From NCBI RefSeq assembly GCF_000143415.4, contig NW_003314411.1:124452-188451 (forward strand): DNA of 64,000 nucleotides, written 5' to 3'. The position numbers were made by a program, and so were the translations under genes. Below, in pieces: positions 34,599-47,959 of the stretch. The stretch's first letter is position 1. Each line of letters begins with the position of its first letter. The stretch is from Selaginella moellendorffii. Lineage: Eukaryota > Plantae > Lycopodiophyta. Below the pieces are notes generated by a model. That model was not told the DNA's origin. It ran no database searches and worked only from the letters and a program-made list of their open reading frames with translations.

Positions 34599-37500
34599 GT
34601 GATCATGCATGGACTCCTCCATGCTTGGCCCCACGGTCCACCCCTTTGAAGTTGACCCCTTCAACTAGTGTATTTGTTCCCCCAACTTGCTAATCTCACT
34701 TAACAAGTCATTCGACCACCATAACATGGTTCATGCATAAGCGTGAAAATCCTTAACCATCAACTTTCGTTTAAAGCCCTCTCTTTGAACACTTGGGAAC
34801 TACTTTCCTAACCTTGATAGCCTCGCCTCTTAGCAAGCTTCACGACCATACTTTTGCTGCGCCACTTTGATTCCGCACGTTCTATAAATATTTACATTTG
34901 GCTTTGAACGATACTAAGCTATCTAGAATTGTCTTTGGGAACCTTTAAAGGAACTCTGTCCCTTAGCTTGCTAAGACCTCTCCTTTCACAAGCTTTTAAA
35001 TTGCCATATGGTCTAACACGGATAATTCCATGCTTTACTCTTTATGGCATCACAGTTGCTAGTAACAACCTACTTGAACACCCACTTGATTCTCCACTCC
35101 CAGTTGGCATAACCACCCTTGGTTATGCAATTTGATTCCTATGGTTTGGTTCTATCCCCTTACTACTTGCTTTTGGCCTCACATCTTTCCTTCGGTTATT
35201 CTCCTCCAGACAAAGAGGATAGCTTTGCACTTTCTATTATGCCATAGCAAGTATTCTTAGGGATGAACGTATTCGATAGCCTAAGGAGTGGTTCCTCAAT
35301 CCGGGCATGCTCAACTTATAATCCCATACACCGTGGTTAACGTTGCTACTTATGGGCTTTTATATGCCCTTCACTAGACTTGCCACAATTCCATTTTGGC
35401 CTTGTCCAATTCGGGTAGATAGTCTTCTCTTGTCTCTGCAACCTTAAACATTTGGATAGCACCTTCTATCCATCATTCGTTAAGGACTTAATCCCTTGGG
35501 CCTCATCTATTGCCCTCGCGACACTAAACACTACCTCTTAGTGTTTTAGAGTGTTTGAGTGTCCCAATAATGGCCTCCTTGACAATGAGCATTTCCTTTT
35601 ATAACATTGACTTACTATATCGCAACATAAGTAATTTATCCCTGATAAGGGTATATTTAACTTCTTTATGCTATTAAGAAGTCTTGGGTAGCTACCTTCT
35701 ACCTGTTTAACCAATTACTTTATACCTCTTGCTTAGTTGCTTCATAGTTGTCAAGTCTTACAACTCATTATTGGTGCTTCCACACCTCCATCATTATCTG
35801 GGTCACCACACTCTATCACATGCCTTCTAGCTTAGGATATGTCATTCTCATTTCCATTGGGATTCCTTTGGTAAGGGGTTTTTATAAACCCATCAACATA
35901 ACCTCAAAGTATCCTACCTTGGCACATTTGATGTCTCCACACCATCAGCTTCATGAGTCTACTTTTATGACACTTTACACTTGTGCCTAGGTCTTTGCCA
36001 AAACCAATTTAGTCGTTTTCTTATGCCAACTATCCGTTAGCACTACACTATAGTGTTCGCACATAACTCTGCACCAAAGTTGCTTCTTCTAGGAACACCT
36101 TTCCCACGACTTTAGTATGGCATATTCTACCCCCCATGAGATACCCACTGTTCTCATACTTGGATTTTATGATCCTCCCCATCCTCTGTGGGGCACAACA
36201 CACCTTAGTCCAAATGCTTCCATTAGTCCTTTAAAACCATTCCATGATTCCACTTAAGTCATTCAGCCTTTTGGACTTTTCCTAATCCCCCGACTTATAA
36301 GGTCTTATTTTTGAGGTGCCAGCTCACTAGAATACAACTTCATGTATTCATGTCCTACTCACAAGGACCATCTTTGCAAGTGCTACTCTGACACTTGATT
36401 TTGTTCTCTGGGGCCAATTTTTGCCCCTTATGACTACTTGTCCATGTGATGAGAATACCAACTCCTCCTCTGAGTGCACCCTTAACTCCTTGGGTTATTC
36501 CAACATTTATTAAAGATAGCCCCGGCTACCATTTCAAAGACTTGTGTCTTCTTTCGTATTTAACCTCCCGTGGTCATTACTTTTGGTCTCACATTCATGA
36601 GCACCAACCTCAACTATATGAAGATAATCTTGTGACTCCTTTATTGCTTTGGAGTCTCTATCTTTCTTGTGATCCTAACTATAGTTGTTTACCACAACTA
36701 CATTAGCCAGTTTGCTAAGTCAAACACTCATTTGGATCACATCCTCAACTCTCTGAGGAAACCCTTATACTGTTCCCAAGATCCCAAAATCGTTCCCTTA
36801 CTGGCCCTTTTCTATCCACCACATCGCGCCCAAGTTCACGCATGAACTTGAGTGGAGAGCTATGTCCTCTCGACATGTTACTCCTCAAGGATAGGCCCAC
36901 TCCTAGGACCTTCCGATGCTAACATCAATGGTGATATACTTGAGCACCAATAAAAGTCGAAATAAGGAATAACTCCGATACCAAGTTGTAAACGACTAAA
37001 TTTTCCATTCTACTTTAGTCACTTAACCACACCTCCGACCACTTGGAAGAGTCTCACTCACAACCTCCGTAAGTCCTATTTTGGACTTAGGGACTTACTA
37101 GCCCCAAAAATGGCGTCTATGCCACTCAACCATTGCACTTGGTCCAAGTGCTCCACATGTCCAATCCCATGACTGACACTCCAAGGTACCACTGATATAT
37201 CAGCCCGTTACGCTAAGGCCATGCCTATTCACCTTGGTCACACTAGTGGTCTGTCACTACCTACATCATAGCCCCATCTCTCAAAGACTGGGCCATCCGT
37301 CCAAGAGTGATCATCCCAGATCCACTCCTTAGCATCCTTAGAATGCCTGCAAGCATGGGGAATAACCTTCCCCAATATCCTTTTTCCGGTCCCCACCAAG
37401 TCCCTTTCTGCTCATGGCCATGTTTGCCAACATTACCACTGGATTAAGGCCCACAGGCCTGACCATTAAGGCCCATGGTCCTCTGGGACTTCTTCACCAC

Positions 37501-40500
37501 TCGACTGTATCCTTGGTCACTACACCAGAGGACTACTCCTCTTCCTTTCCACAGTCTAGGCATTTGGGACAACATTTTGAAACACCGTGGCCCTACGCGA
37601 GCTTCATAGGTACTCTCCCTGCTTTCCACCTTTGGGTGCTCTAGCCATGGGCTTAGAGCGAGGTTCCATTAAGCCACGCCAGACAATATATCCAAATAAG
37701 TAATGTTATTTATATTTAAATTGGGAATATTGACCATTTGATGTCTTGTGGGAGATAAAGCCAACTCTTGAACACTTTACCAAGTCAACCCACTTGTCTA
37801 TTCATTTTCACCCTAGCTTTGGACTCCTCAATCATCACCCACCACGTAAGTGTAACTGTCCTTAGTCACACTAGCCCTACTAGTTCCACTGGAATCTTTT
37901 GCTTACTATCCGATAGTGACTCACCAAACCCCCCAAGGTTTCGAAAATAATCACTTTGGGCTTTCACCTTCAATTTCAGACTTGATCTCAAACCCAGTCT
38001 CGGACTAGTTTTGGATCCGATGGCAGGCTCAATTTCAGATTGAGTCTTGGACTTTGACTCAACTTCAATCTCAGACTTGAAATCGCACTTAGTCTTGGAC
38101 TTAGTCTTGCTCTTGCTTTCGGATTTGGTCTTGAACTCGGTCTTGGATTTAATCTTGAACCTATCTTGGACTCCATCTTGAGCTTAGTTTTGACACTTCC
38201 ATGTGGCATAACACCTGACATGTGTTGGTCATTCTTTTGTGCCTTTCTTGAAACTCACTTATTAATTGCTTTGCGCTTATTCCTCAGATCTTGTGTTTGG
38301 CATTATATAACATAATGCCATAAGAAGAAATCTTTAAGCCAAAAAGAAGGCCCTTAGAACCTCCAACCTAACACTTCAAAGGATTTAATGAGAAACAATG
38401 GAGCCAACAATGCTAAAAACCTTGCTTGAGATATTAGAAATGAAACTTAAACGCTGTAGAGGTGGAATAAAGCTCATCTATTTAAACTTGTAGTGAGTAG
38501 TTCAAAAGATCATGAAATATATGTGTTATGAAGTGCTGGAATGTTGCTTTTGCATTATAAAGTCTAAAAAGGAGCTAATTGTATGCAAACTTTCCTCATA
38601 GTGTGGAAGGCCATCTTGTCACAATCATTCATGTGGATCAATAGTTGGCTATATCTAAAAAACCATCTATAAAGGAGTACAAATTGTGTCCCATAAGAGG
38701 ATCCAAGTGAAGGTCATGTTGTTAAGAGCTAGAAAATTTACACACATGCAAAGTTTGCTATTGCTTTTTTGAATAGGGATGATGTTAGAAAGCCAGTTGA
38801 GATGCTCAAGGGGTAAATGACCCTAAACATAATCAAAGAGCTTAACAATTTGCTTTGTTTTCTAGAGTTTTAGAAAGGCCACTACACTATTGCAACATTG
38901 CATTCTCAGTAGAAGTATATGCTCTACTTGGTTGAGGCTCCATTTTTCTTATTAAATCTCTACATGATTATGGGATATTTCCATGAACAAGAAGTAAAGG
39001 TAAAAATTTGGTGTTCCAAGACTATAATTTCCATGATGGAGTAGGCTTGTATTGGAGAACAAGGTATGGAATATTTGACTAGAAATATCCATAAAGCTAG
39101 TTGTTCCCCTCTTTAGATAGATGCTTAGAATGGCAGATAGTAAAAAACCAAGTTTGGGAGAAGTTTACTAATGAATATAGTAAGTTGTTACTACTCTTGA
39201 TAGGTTAGATTGTGTTTCAATTAGAGGAGCTACTTGGTTTAACTCATAAGAAATAAGATTAATAGTCTTCATGTAACATAACAATCTTCATGAAGTAGTT
39301 TTCATGTAATAAGCAAAAAAGTAGAACAGTCTTCAAGGAGTCATATTTATTAAGACAACGATCTTGAGGATGAGGTATGTTTTGTACACTTCTTTTAAAA
39401 ATTCTGTAAAGCCCTAAACTTTAACAATATAATCACATGTTATGACATTATGATGTTGCAATTTATCATGACTTTTAGATGATAGATTGATGCAACTTGC
39501 TTTATTTCTTTTCCTCCTCATTTGAAGGTTTCCTCTCCAAGTGGATGCTAATGCAATGGATTAGAAAACATTGCCAACGGTAAGAAAGACCTTTTATAGT
39601 GGCTGTTGAATCCAACTAAAAGAGCACCAAATACTACTAGCTGCAAGAAATCAAAATTTAGTAGAGAAATACCTTGTTTTTCTTAGAAAAATAAACTTAA
39701 AGAAAAATAACTTGTTACACATTGCATGCAGCAACACTTGGTTTGTGTGTTATTCCTATTATTAATTCAATTGATCAAATGGAAGATTATAATTATAAAT
39801 ATATTTATAATTTATAAACACAAGATTAATTTTATTGCATATTAACCATTAGATGGTAGAATAAAAAATAATATACTAGAAAGTGTTTAGGAAAGTTTAT
39901 AAATTATAAATGCAAGATTAATCTAAATAAATAATGACCATTAGATGGTAGAATATCCTTAAATATCCAAGCATATTCTAGGTAGATTCATCTCAGTCCC
40001 CTACAGGTTTGCTTAAGCAAACCAAAAATGAAAAATATGAGGAATTGTTTTTAAAATTAAAGTCAAATTAGCTTTCACAATTAGAAATTTTAGATTAGAG
40101 GTTTTTAACCTTTTGCACCACCATCACTGCCAAAGTGAAGTGGATGCACTCCCGGACTGAGCTATCATGTTTACATTCCTCCAATGCCAGACAATCACAC
40201 AATGCCTGCCACAACTGCCAACTAGATCCTCACCACCAGGGTGGATTAAGCTTTGGTCAATGTACACTCTATGTTGGTGGTGTTGTTGAACACCTTTTGT
40301 GCCTTGTTGATCTTCTTGGCTAGGATATGCTTCTTCTAGATGGCCATTCTTGCTGAAAAGCTCAATCACTATTGTCATGAGTTTGGTGTTTGCTATGCTT
40401 TCAAAATGTTGATGTGTGAGTAAAGGCAAAGTAATGTTTATCCTTCCTTTGTGCCCATCCTTGGTAAAGGGGAACTTTTTTCTCTATTGCATTGCCAAGG

Positions 40501-43500
40501 AGGAGATACCTAGTAGCTTTGGCAAGATTCATCCTTAGGAGAAGATATAGCAAAAGAGAGATATCACTTTTTCTCTTTTGCTCTAGGTTTGGAGAAAGCT
40601 ATAGGTTTAAACATACTACTGTTGCAGCTTTGGCTCACAAGTTTCTAGCATTGTCTGTGCCTTTCTTTCCCTTACAGTGTTGTGGGCAATCCAAGGAATG
40701 CACAACATCCATATTGCAATTCATGGTGGCTAGATTGAACAAAGAGCAAGACAACAATAATCTGTAGTGATCCCAAGTATGTGAAAACTGCTTATGTGGC
40801 CATTAAAATTAGATTTATGGCATAGATTGGCATTGCTAATTCTAATCAAGGCCGCAATGACTCTAGTAAGCCACTTAAAGGAAAAAGGTAGGCATTATTC
40901 TTTAGCATTCTTCCTTACTAACTAGAAAATACTTACTAATCTTTTAAAATATTCTTAAGCATATTTTATAATATATTCATACACATACATGATTTATAAG
41001 ATGTTAAATTCTAGAACACTACTATAGAAAATATGGCTTGAAGGTGATCTTAACTCATACATGCCAACCCCTAAAACATGGCTTGAAGGCAAACTTGTCT
41101 AAAGTGGGTCAAAAGTAAGCTCAAAAGTATATTAAGGCATGGATATAGAGTAAAGAACTTAATTTACCTGAAAAGCTCACAATAGTGTGTTATGAAACTT
41201 TTGAAGTAACAAGAGTATGCAAAACCCTAATCTAAATGAATAACAGTAGAATGTTTTAAAATATTCAAATATATTCTATATGTATCCACTACTACCCACA
41301 AAAAAAATCCTTTATTCAAATTGTAAAGACCATTAAATTAGTGTAGTCTAGTGTTAGCAATAATCTTTCTTTATATTTTCCTCATTAAGATAGGGTTTCA
41401 AGGAAGCACTGGAAAAATCAATCACTTCAAAAGTAGGAATAAATCAATTTAAATAAACAACACTTCTTTGGGATGAATTTCTTTGTGACTTCTTCTTTGA
41501 ATAGTGTGTGGTTGCAGCATAGATTGGTGATAGGGTTCTACCAATCAATTAATCAATACTAAGTAGTGGAGAGCTGTGAAGAAAGAGGATTTGCAAAGCC
41601 TATTGGGAGAAAATGTTATTAAGAATTTATTTTAAGAAGTTCTTATGAAATTTTTTAAATTATTAAATGGGTGGATTATAGCAAAATACATTAAATAATA
41701 GTAACTTTGTTCTCTTGCAATTAGTACATAATTGGTAGGTAAAGTAGAGGTGAGGTCACTGTATCTATATACTAGGGTTCACAAACTTTATAAAAACTCA
41801 AACACTACCATCTGGAATAATAAATTTTTTTTAACTATATATAAAAATACTTAAAAATCATAAAATTTTATCCCTTTCAAGTACTTCTATCTTGTCAATG
41901 TGACCAAGTAGAGTATGGACGTTTTGGTAGAACCACAATGAACACTACAAAAAACTAATCATGTTAAAGCAAGAAAATAAAATCAATCTTAAAATCAATC
42001 TCATATAAAAGTTTTGATATCTCTGATTATTTAATTTTCTTGTCCTTATCCTTTATTTTCCCTCTTGGGAAGTTCTAATTTATACAATTCACCCTTATCC
42101 AATCTAAAAATCCCCATTCATGTTATCCACCAAAGCCATAGGTAAATCTAATGTCTAAGTCAGTTTCTTAACTATCTGTGCAAGCATATGCATCTGGATG
42201 AATTGTAAAGTGACCACCCTAGGAGAGGCAATCGATTCTAAAATTGAGAAGAACTTAGACTTCTATCATGGGAGCTCTGTAGAAATGACTTAGCAACACA
42301 TTTATAAAGAAGAAAGAAGAAATAAATTGAGCAGTGAGAAATAGAGCATTGTCCACAAATGCACATCTGTCCATGACATGTGTCCATGCAGCATTGCGCT
42401 CTTGGATGATCTGTTGCTCCTGGTAATAGATTGCTGATGAGATTCGTGGCATCCTTACGCATACATTTCATACTTTAAAAGAGGTACAGCTGAGGAAGAG
42501 CCACAAGAAAGAGGCTTGTACTCCAGAGTGATAGCACTGCTTTCTTCCATAATTTTCCATAAGCTTCTTTGTCAGGGCTCCTAGATCCCTCTGAAAAACC
42601 CTAGCAAGCAGTGATCTGTTAATATTTTGGTGCTTACCTCCTGTAAAGACCTAGTGCCGTGATAACAACACACCCTCGCTGGAGCAGTGGCACGCCCTGG
42701 CAAGCATAGATCTAACATCGCAAATCCACGCTCCATCCCAGATCTTCATGATTTCCTGCAGTAATCAACCTGCATTCCCCAGATTATCAGCCCAAAGCTG
42801 TGAGGGAGCCAAGCATTGACTGATCCACACAAAGCCATGGCGCCTGGCGCTGAAAGGCGTCTGCCGTAAAACCTCAACGCTCCCGCTTCATTTGAGCCGG
42901 AGATTATTCCCGAGCATGCATATGGAAATTCTACACGTGATAAATCCTGATAAAGATATCATGATGTTAGGGAAAAGAATGCAGAGGGCCAGGGCTTTCC
43001 ATTCAATTTGGGTGCTGGATTCCAAAGCCCGTGAATACATTACCGTTCTACAAGAAGATCAGGTTTGACGCACCTCACATTTATTCATTTGGACGCTAAA
43101 GCTATTTTATCTGGTTTTAGGGCATCTTTTCTTTGTTTTTTTAATTTTCTAGGAGGCAATCGATCAATCCATCGACGCAGCTGTGGATCGTGGGACGCGC
43201 CAGTCGCATCCGTGACCGTGAATGCAGAGATCGCGCGGCCAGATCTGCGCGCCCACCGGTGAGTCTTTCATCCAAATCGCCCAGGGCGAGGGTTTGGGGA
43301 CGCGAATTCGGGCATGCGGCAGTGAATCCCTGAAAGCGCTCGCCTTTGGGTGCTCTCCAGCTCCAGATCTGGCTGCTCGCGCCGGGACGAGGCGATGATG
43401 CTGCTCCTTCGCTCCACATCCCAGCAAGGCGTGGCGTCTCTCTTCTCCGCGTCATAGCCACAAAACAATGCGTCTTCCTCTCTACAGCACGGTAAGCGCG

Positions 43501-43922
43501 TAGCTAGATCGAGCTCGAGAGTTGTTCTTGCGAGAGATGAGAGAAAAGATTGCCTGATGAGAAAGGAGAGCTAGATCGCAGCAAGAAAGGAGAGAAAGAC
43601 GGTAGCTTCACAACCAGGGAGATAGAAGTGATGCATAGCGAGGAAGGAGATAGAGATGTAGATTGCGATAAAGAGAGAAGAAGAGAGGCTTAGAGTTTTT
43701 GGTGAGGTGTGAGAAAGAGACAAGAAGTAGAGGTTTTCGTGATGAAGTGTAGATTGCGAGAAGAGAGGCATAGAGATTTTTGCGATGGATTTCTCTTACA
43801 CTTTGCTTCGTGCTCCAAAACAGGGAGAGACACAGGGTCCAGGGAATTGCACTTACTGCAACCTCCTCCTCAAGCAGCAAAGTCCCGGGCGAGCCAGCCG
43901 CTTCTGCAAGGCCGCCACCGCC

Positions 43923-45290
43923 ATGCCTCCCTCGGCCGTGCACGACTGCTCCTTCCCGTCCACGCCAGGCAAAGTGAAGATGGAGAGGAGCAACTACTTC
44001 GGCAGAGTTGCAAGCCGGTGGCAGTCGTTCGGCCCGGGGAAGATCGTCTTCTGGTGCGTCGCGCTGCTAGCTTTGCTCGTGGTGGCGGTCTTCTTCTACG
44101 CGACGTCCCCCGGCGTCCACAACAGCTTCGAGCAGAGCTTGAGCTTGCGGGAGGCGAAGAACGACGTGGTGAGCTGGGGGGGATCCGTGTGGGAGAAGCA
44201 CGTCCGCCACTCGGCGCACGCCAAGCGAGAGAACGGCCTGGTCGTGCTCGTCACTGGCGCCGCCGGATTCGTTGGGACTCACGTCTCCCTGGCTCTCAAG
44301 AAGCGGGGTGACGGAGTGATCGGCCTGGACAACTTCAACAGCTACTACGATCCGTTCCTCAAGCGCGCGCGGCAGGGGCTCCTGGAGAAGCAGGGGGTGT
44401 TCGTCGTCGAGGGCGACATCAACAACATCGCGCTGCTGCGCAAGCTCTTCGACGTGATCACTTTCACGCACGTCATGCACCTGGCGGCGCAGGCCGGGGT
44501 GAGATACGCGATGGAGAACCCGGGCTCTTACGTCCACAGCAACATCGCCGGCTTCGTCAACCTCCTGGAGGCTTGCAAGGAGGCGAGCCCGCAACCGGCG
44601 ATCGTCTGGGCCTCGTCCAGCTCCGTCTACGGCCTCAACTCCAAGGTCCCCTTCTCGGAGATCGATCGAACCGACCAGCCGGCGAGCTTGTACGCGGCGA
44701 CCAAGAAGGCCGGCGAGGAGATCGCTCACACTTACAACCACATCTACGGACTCTCCATCACGGGCTTGCGGTTCTTCACGGTCTACGGGCCTTGGGGGCG
44801 GCCGGACATGGCTTACTTCTTCTTCACCAAGGCGATCCTGCAAGGGAAGCCAGTGAACATCTACCAGGGGCCGAACCAAGTGGATCTAGCTCGCGACTTC
44901 ACTTACATCGACGATATCGTGAAGGGCTGCTTTGGAGCGCTGGACACGGCGACTCCGAGCACAGGGACTGGGGGGAAGAAGCGGGGGCCGGCGCAGCTCC
45001 GGGTGTACAACCTCGGGAACACTTCGCCCGTGACGGTGCCGACCTTGGTGGCGATTCTGGAGAAGCATCTCAAGGTGAAGGCCAAGAGGAATGTGGTGAG
45101 GATGCCGCGCAACGGGGACGTGCCTTTCACCCACGCAAACGTGACGCTGGCGAGGGTGGAGCTGGGCTACAATCCCACCACGGATTTGCAAACGGGGCTC
45201 AAGAAGTTTGTCAAGTGGTATCAGCTCTACTATGGTGGAGGATCATCTTCTTCGTCTTCTTCTTCGAGCAAGAGGAGGCTCCGGCCTTGA
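43923..45290 (+). CDS. GAE: UDP-glucuronate 4-epimerase (intronless, type II membrane SDR)
   Basis: PSTPGKVKME N-terminus, TM, TGAAGFVG, HLAAQAGVRYA, YAATKKAGE, YGPWGRPDMA; an upstream in-frame ATG exists at 43785. Confidence 0.96.
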   Translation: MPPSAVHDCSFPSTPGKVKMERSNYFGRVASRWQSFGPGKIVFWCVALLALLVVAVFFYATSPGVHNSFEQSLSLREAKNDVVSWGGSVWEKHVRHSAHAKRENGLVVLVTGAAGFVGTHVSLALKKRGDGVIGLDNFNSYYDPFLKRARQGLLEKQGVFVVEGDINNIALLRKLFDVITFTHVMHLAAQAGVRYAMENPGSYVHSNIAGFVNLLEACKEASPQPAIVWASSSSVYGLNSKVPFSEIDRTDQPASLYAATKKAGEEIAHTYNHIYGLSITGLRFFTVYGPWGRPDMAYFFFTKAILQGKPVNIYQGPNQVDLARDFTYIDDIVKGCFGALDTATPSTGTGGKKRGPAQLRVYNLGNTSPVTVPTLVAILEKHLKVKAKRNVVRMPRNGDVPFTHANVTLARVELGYNPTTDLQTGLKKFVKWYQLYYGGGSSSSSSSSSKRRLRP

Positions 45291-45663
45291 TATATAGAAT
45301 GGTTTGGTTTTTTTCCTTTGCTCGTGCTGGGAAAATAATTTGCTTGCTTGCTTGCGTGATTGATTGATTGATTGATTGACCCCCCTTCCCTCTCGAGAGA
45401 GCGAGCGAGAGAATTCTTTGCTTTTTGCTTCTTTCGAAGGTGATTTGGCGAGCAGTTTTTTTGGATCGAAAGAAGGCTGATGAAATGTAACAACGTAGCT
45501 TCGAATGAAAAATGATAGTACGGAATGAGCAGAGGTACTTCCGAAAGCATATACCGTGGCTGATTATTCCAGAAGAATATACTATTAGGGCAAGAGATTA
45601 TTCCAAAGAATATGCACACGAATCAAAATACCACCAAAAAATCGATCATTGGGATTGGATCGA

Positions 45664-47583
45664 TCAACACCTCCAGGTGGAAGCCGCGACGATGGGCTTG
45701 CCCTTCCAGCCAAGAACAATGCAGCCCTTCTCCTCCACCAGCGTGTAGCCCTCGGATGGATAGTACATGCCCAGCCACGTCTTGACCTCGCCCAAGAACT
45801 TGAGTGGCTTGGGCTGGAACCCCGCGCGGCTCATCCTCCGCCGCCACTGGTCCGCCCGCTCGTGGCGCTCCACCCGGTCCGGCCCCTCGCACGCCACGAT
45901 GTTCTTGATCTCCTCCGCGTAGTGGTACTGCTCGATCTTGAGCCGCTCCTCGCTGTCGCTGGGCAGGATCGCGTCCACCGCGTCGAAGATCGCCGAGTAG
46001 TAGTGGAGCGCCTCGATGAATCGCCCCAGGAAGAAGGGGCCGTTGTGGCAGGCGTCCTGCTCCACCAGCGTCAGGATCTTGGGGCTCAGCTCGTGGATGG
46101 ATTGCAGCACCGACTTGAGCGATCGCCGGCTCTCCTTGACGACGCAGTGGAGCTGGAACGCGCTGTTGATCGCCATGGCCTCGCCGTCGCGGACCTCGAG
46201 CATCCCCCGCTGGAGGCTCTCCACGGCTTGGGTCACGGCCCGGAACTCGAATTGGAGCTCCAGGCTCTCGGCCAGGCGCGAGAGCTCCTCGCCCGCCAGG
46301 AAGAGCTTGTCGCTGCGATCGCAGCTCACGCCCGTGATCCGGATCGACTCGGGCGGCCCACCGGGGCGCGATGCCAGCCCCTGGAGCAGTGCCGGCCACT
46401 GCAGCGCACTGCTCATCCCGAGATCCACGATGTGGACCCTCGATTCTCCCTCGAAGGCGTCGAGGATGGCGGCGTTGGCGGCGAAGTGGCCGAAGGAGAA
46501 GTAGGGGCAGAACTCGTAGACGAGGTTGAATCCCTCGTCGCGCAACGCCTCGGGGATCTGGCTGCGTCGTGCCGCCGGCGGTGCCACTGCTGGCTTGTAG
46601 GCGGCGCCGCTGAGGCTGATGCTCTGGAGCCCCGCCAGCCGCGCGGTAAGGCCCTCGACGAAGCACGACGTGACGCGCTGCATGGAGTCGCCGCGCGGCG
46701 ATGCCATTTGCTGGAGCTGGCTGAGAAGGGTGGCGGCTTGGTTGACGTCGCGGCACGCCACTGCCTCGGCGCAGGCGAGGAGAAGCTGGATCAGCCGGAT
46801 TCCCACATTCGCATCGCCCGATTCGTGATGATCTTGAGCAGCTGCCGGCTGTACTCGCGATCCCTGCTGTTGTTCTTGTTCGAAGAGCGATTGATCTTGG
46901 GCATGGCGTTGTTGCTGCTGTTCTTGCTGTTCTTGCTGCTCTTGCTGGTGCTGTAACCCTCGCCAGAATTCCAGGCCCACCGCACCATCGCTCTCCAGCG
47001 CCGATATCGATTCCTTGAGCTCGATCTTGTCCTGCAGCACGTCCTCGCGCTGCACGGGATTGAAGACGTCGTTGCTACACATCATCTCCAAGAACTTGGT
47101 ATCGTCGGAGGAGTTGTATGACGATGGAGCCGAGGCGTGTGTCGCGGAGTGGTTCTGCCAATCTTCGTCCAGGCCGATATTTTGCTGCTGCTGGATGTGA
47201 TTCTGGCCGGGATCCAAGAGCCGCATCTCGAATTCGTCGTCCGAGGCCGTGGATAGCAACACCTCGGGCTGCCAGATGGAGTAATCCATCCCCGACGACG
47301 ACGACCTGTGGAGCGAGGAGGAGGAAGAAGGCTGGAGCGATGCCTCTAGATCACCTGTGAGATCGAGTGGCGCAAACACATCCTCGAACTCCTCGTCCGA
47401 GCCGCTGGCAGTACCGCCGTGCTTGAGCTTCTTCTGCCGAAAGATTTGCTGCTGCGATGGCGGAGGCGCCGCCGGGATGAGATGATGCTGAGGCGGCGAA
47501 ATGCAGTTCCCAAGATCGAGGACCGATTTTGGCTCCTCGTGATCGTAGCGAGACGAGCGCCTTCTCTTGGCGATCCCGCTCAT
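45664..47583 (-). CDS. RAD1: GRAS transcription factor, RAD1 clade (arbuscular mycorrhiza)
   Basis: LIQLLLACAEAVACRD, VHIVDLGM, QLHCVVKESR..L.SVLQ.IHELSPK, HNGPFFLGRF.EALHYYSAIFD, EEIKNIV.CEGP.RVERHER.DQWRRRMSRAGF, KPIVAAS.W.C, all typical of RAD1. Confidence 0.85.
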   Translation of the reverse strand: MSGIAKRRRSSRYDHEEPKSVLDLGNCISPPQHHLIPAAPPPSQQQIFRQKKLKHGGTASGSDEEFEDVFAPLDLTGDLEASLQPSSSSSLHRSSSSGMDYSIWQPEVLLSTASDDEFEMRLLDPGQNHIQQQQNIGLDEDWQNHSATHASAPSSYNSSDDTKFLEMMCSNDVFNPVQREDVLQDKIELKESISALESDGAVGLEFWRGLQHQQEQQEQQEQQQQRHAQDQSLFEQEQQQGSRVQPAAAQDHHESGDANVGIRLIQLLLACAEAVACRDVNQAATLLSQLQQMASPRGDSMQRVTSCFVEGLTARLAGLQSISLSGAAYKPAVAPPAARRSQIPEALRDEGFNLVYEFCPYFSFGHFAANAAILDAFEGESRVHIVDLGMSSALQWPALLQGLASRPGGPPESIRITGVSCDRSDKLFLAGEELSRLAESLELQFEFRAVTQAVESLQRGMLEVRDGEAMAINSAFQLHCVVKESRRSLKSVLQSIHELSPKILTLVEQDACHNGPFFLGRFIEALHYYSAIFDAVDAILPSDSEERLKIEQYHYAEEIKNIVACEGPDRVERHERADQWRRRMSRAGFQPKPLKFLGEVKTWLGMYYPSEGYTLVEEKGCIVLGWKGKPIVAASTWRC

Positions 47584-47699
47584 ACCTAGCTCTCGAGCTC
47601 TTCTTTCTTTCTATCCCCAGAATTTAAAAATGCCCCAATTCCTTGGACCCGTTTTAAAACCCCCGCGCAATCCCTGCCGGCCGATCCCTTCGCGCCTTC

Positions 47700-47941
47700 C
47701 ACGTGGCGGGATGACACCCATTCTCCATCCCACGTACGGCTAGCCCATAAAGCGTCTGTACGAGACTGGATATTCCGGCATCCCATCGCTACATGTTAAA
47801 ATATTTCCAAAGCTCTCGACATCGTCGATGGCAAATTCATATTGCCCATCTATGAGAAAATCTTTTTGCCAGCTATGAATGACCACATTCTTTAGTTCCT
47901 GGAGTGTGGATGGAACGCAAACTCCAAGCCCCGGGATATTC
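47700..47941. promoter_or_regulatory. RAD1 upstream region: G-box and two P1BS (GNATATNC) elements
   Basis: CACGTG 47700-47705; GGATATTC at 47768-47775 and 47934-47941. Confidence 0.6.
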
Positions 47942-47959
47942 CAAACCATGGACTGTATA

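Larger units (their letters stand above)
30654..38290 (-). mobile_element. Degenerate/non-autonomous LTR retrotransposon with ~1.5 kb LTRs (30654-~32221 and 36987-~38290, the latter truncated)
   Basis: Long direct repeats starting TGTAA; tRNA-iMet PBS (CTCCGATACCA at 36973-36983); no intact internal ORF; hosts a TRIM. Confidence 0.75.

Noticed and set aside
38300-42500. Degenerate transposase/PPR remnants in the AT-rich block
   Set aside because: Too eroded to assign without a search.
44067-46956. Long antisense/alternate-frame ORFs over GAE and RAD1 (270-435 aa)
   Set aside because: Shadow ORFs expected from high-GC3 coding sequence; no recognisable motifs.
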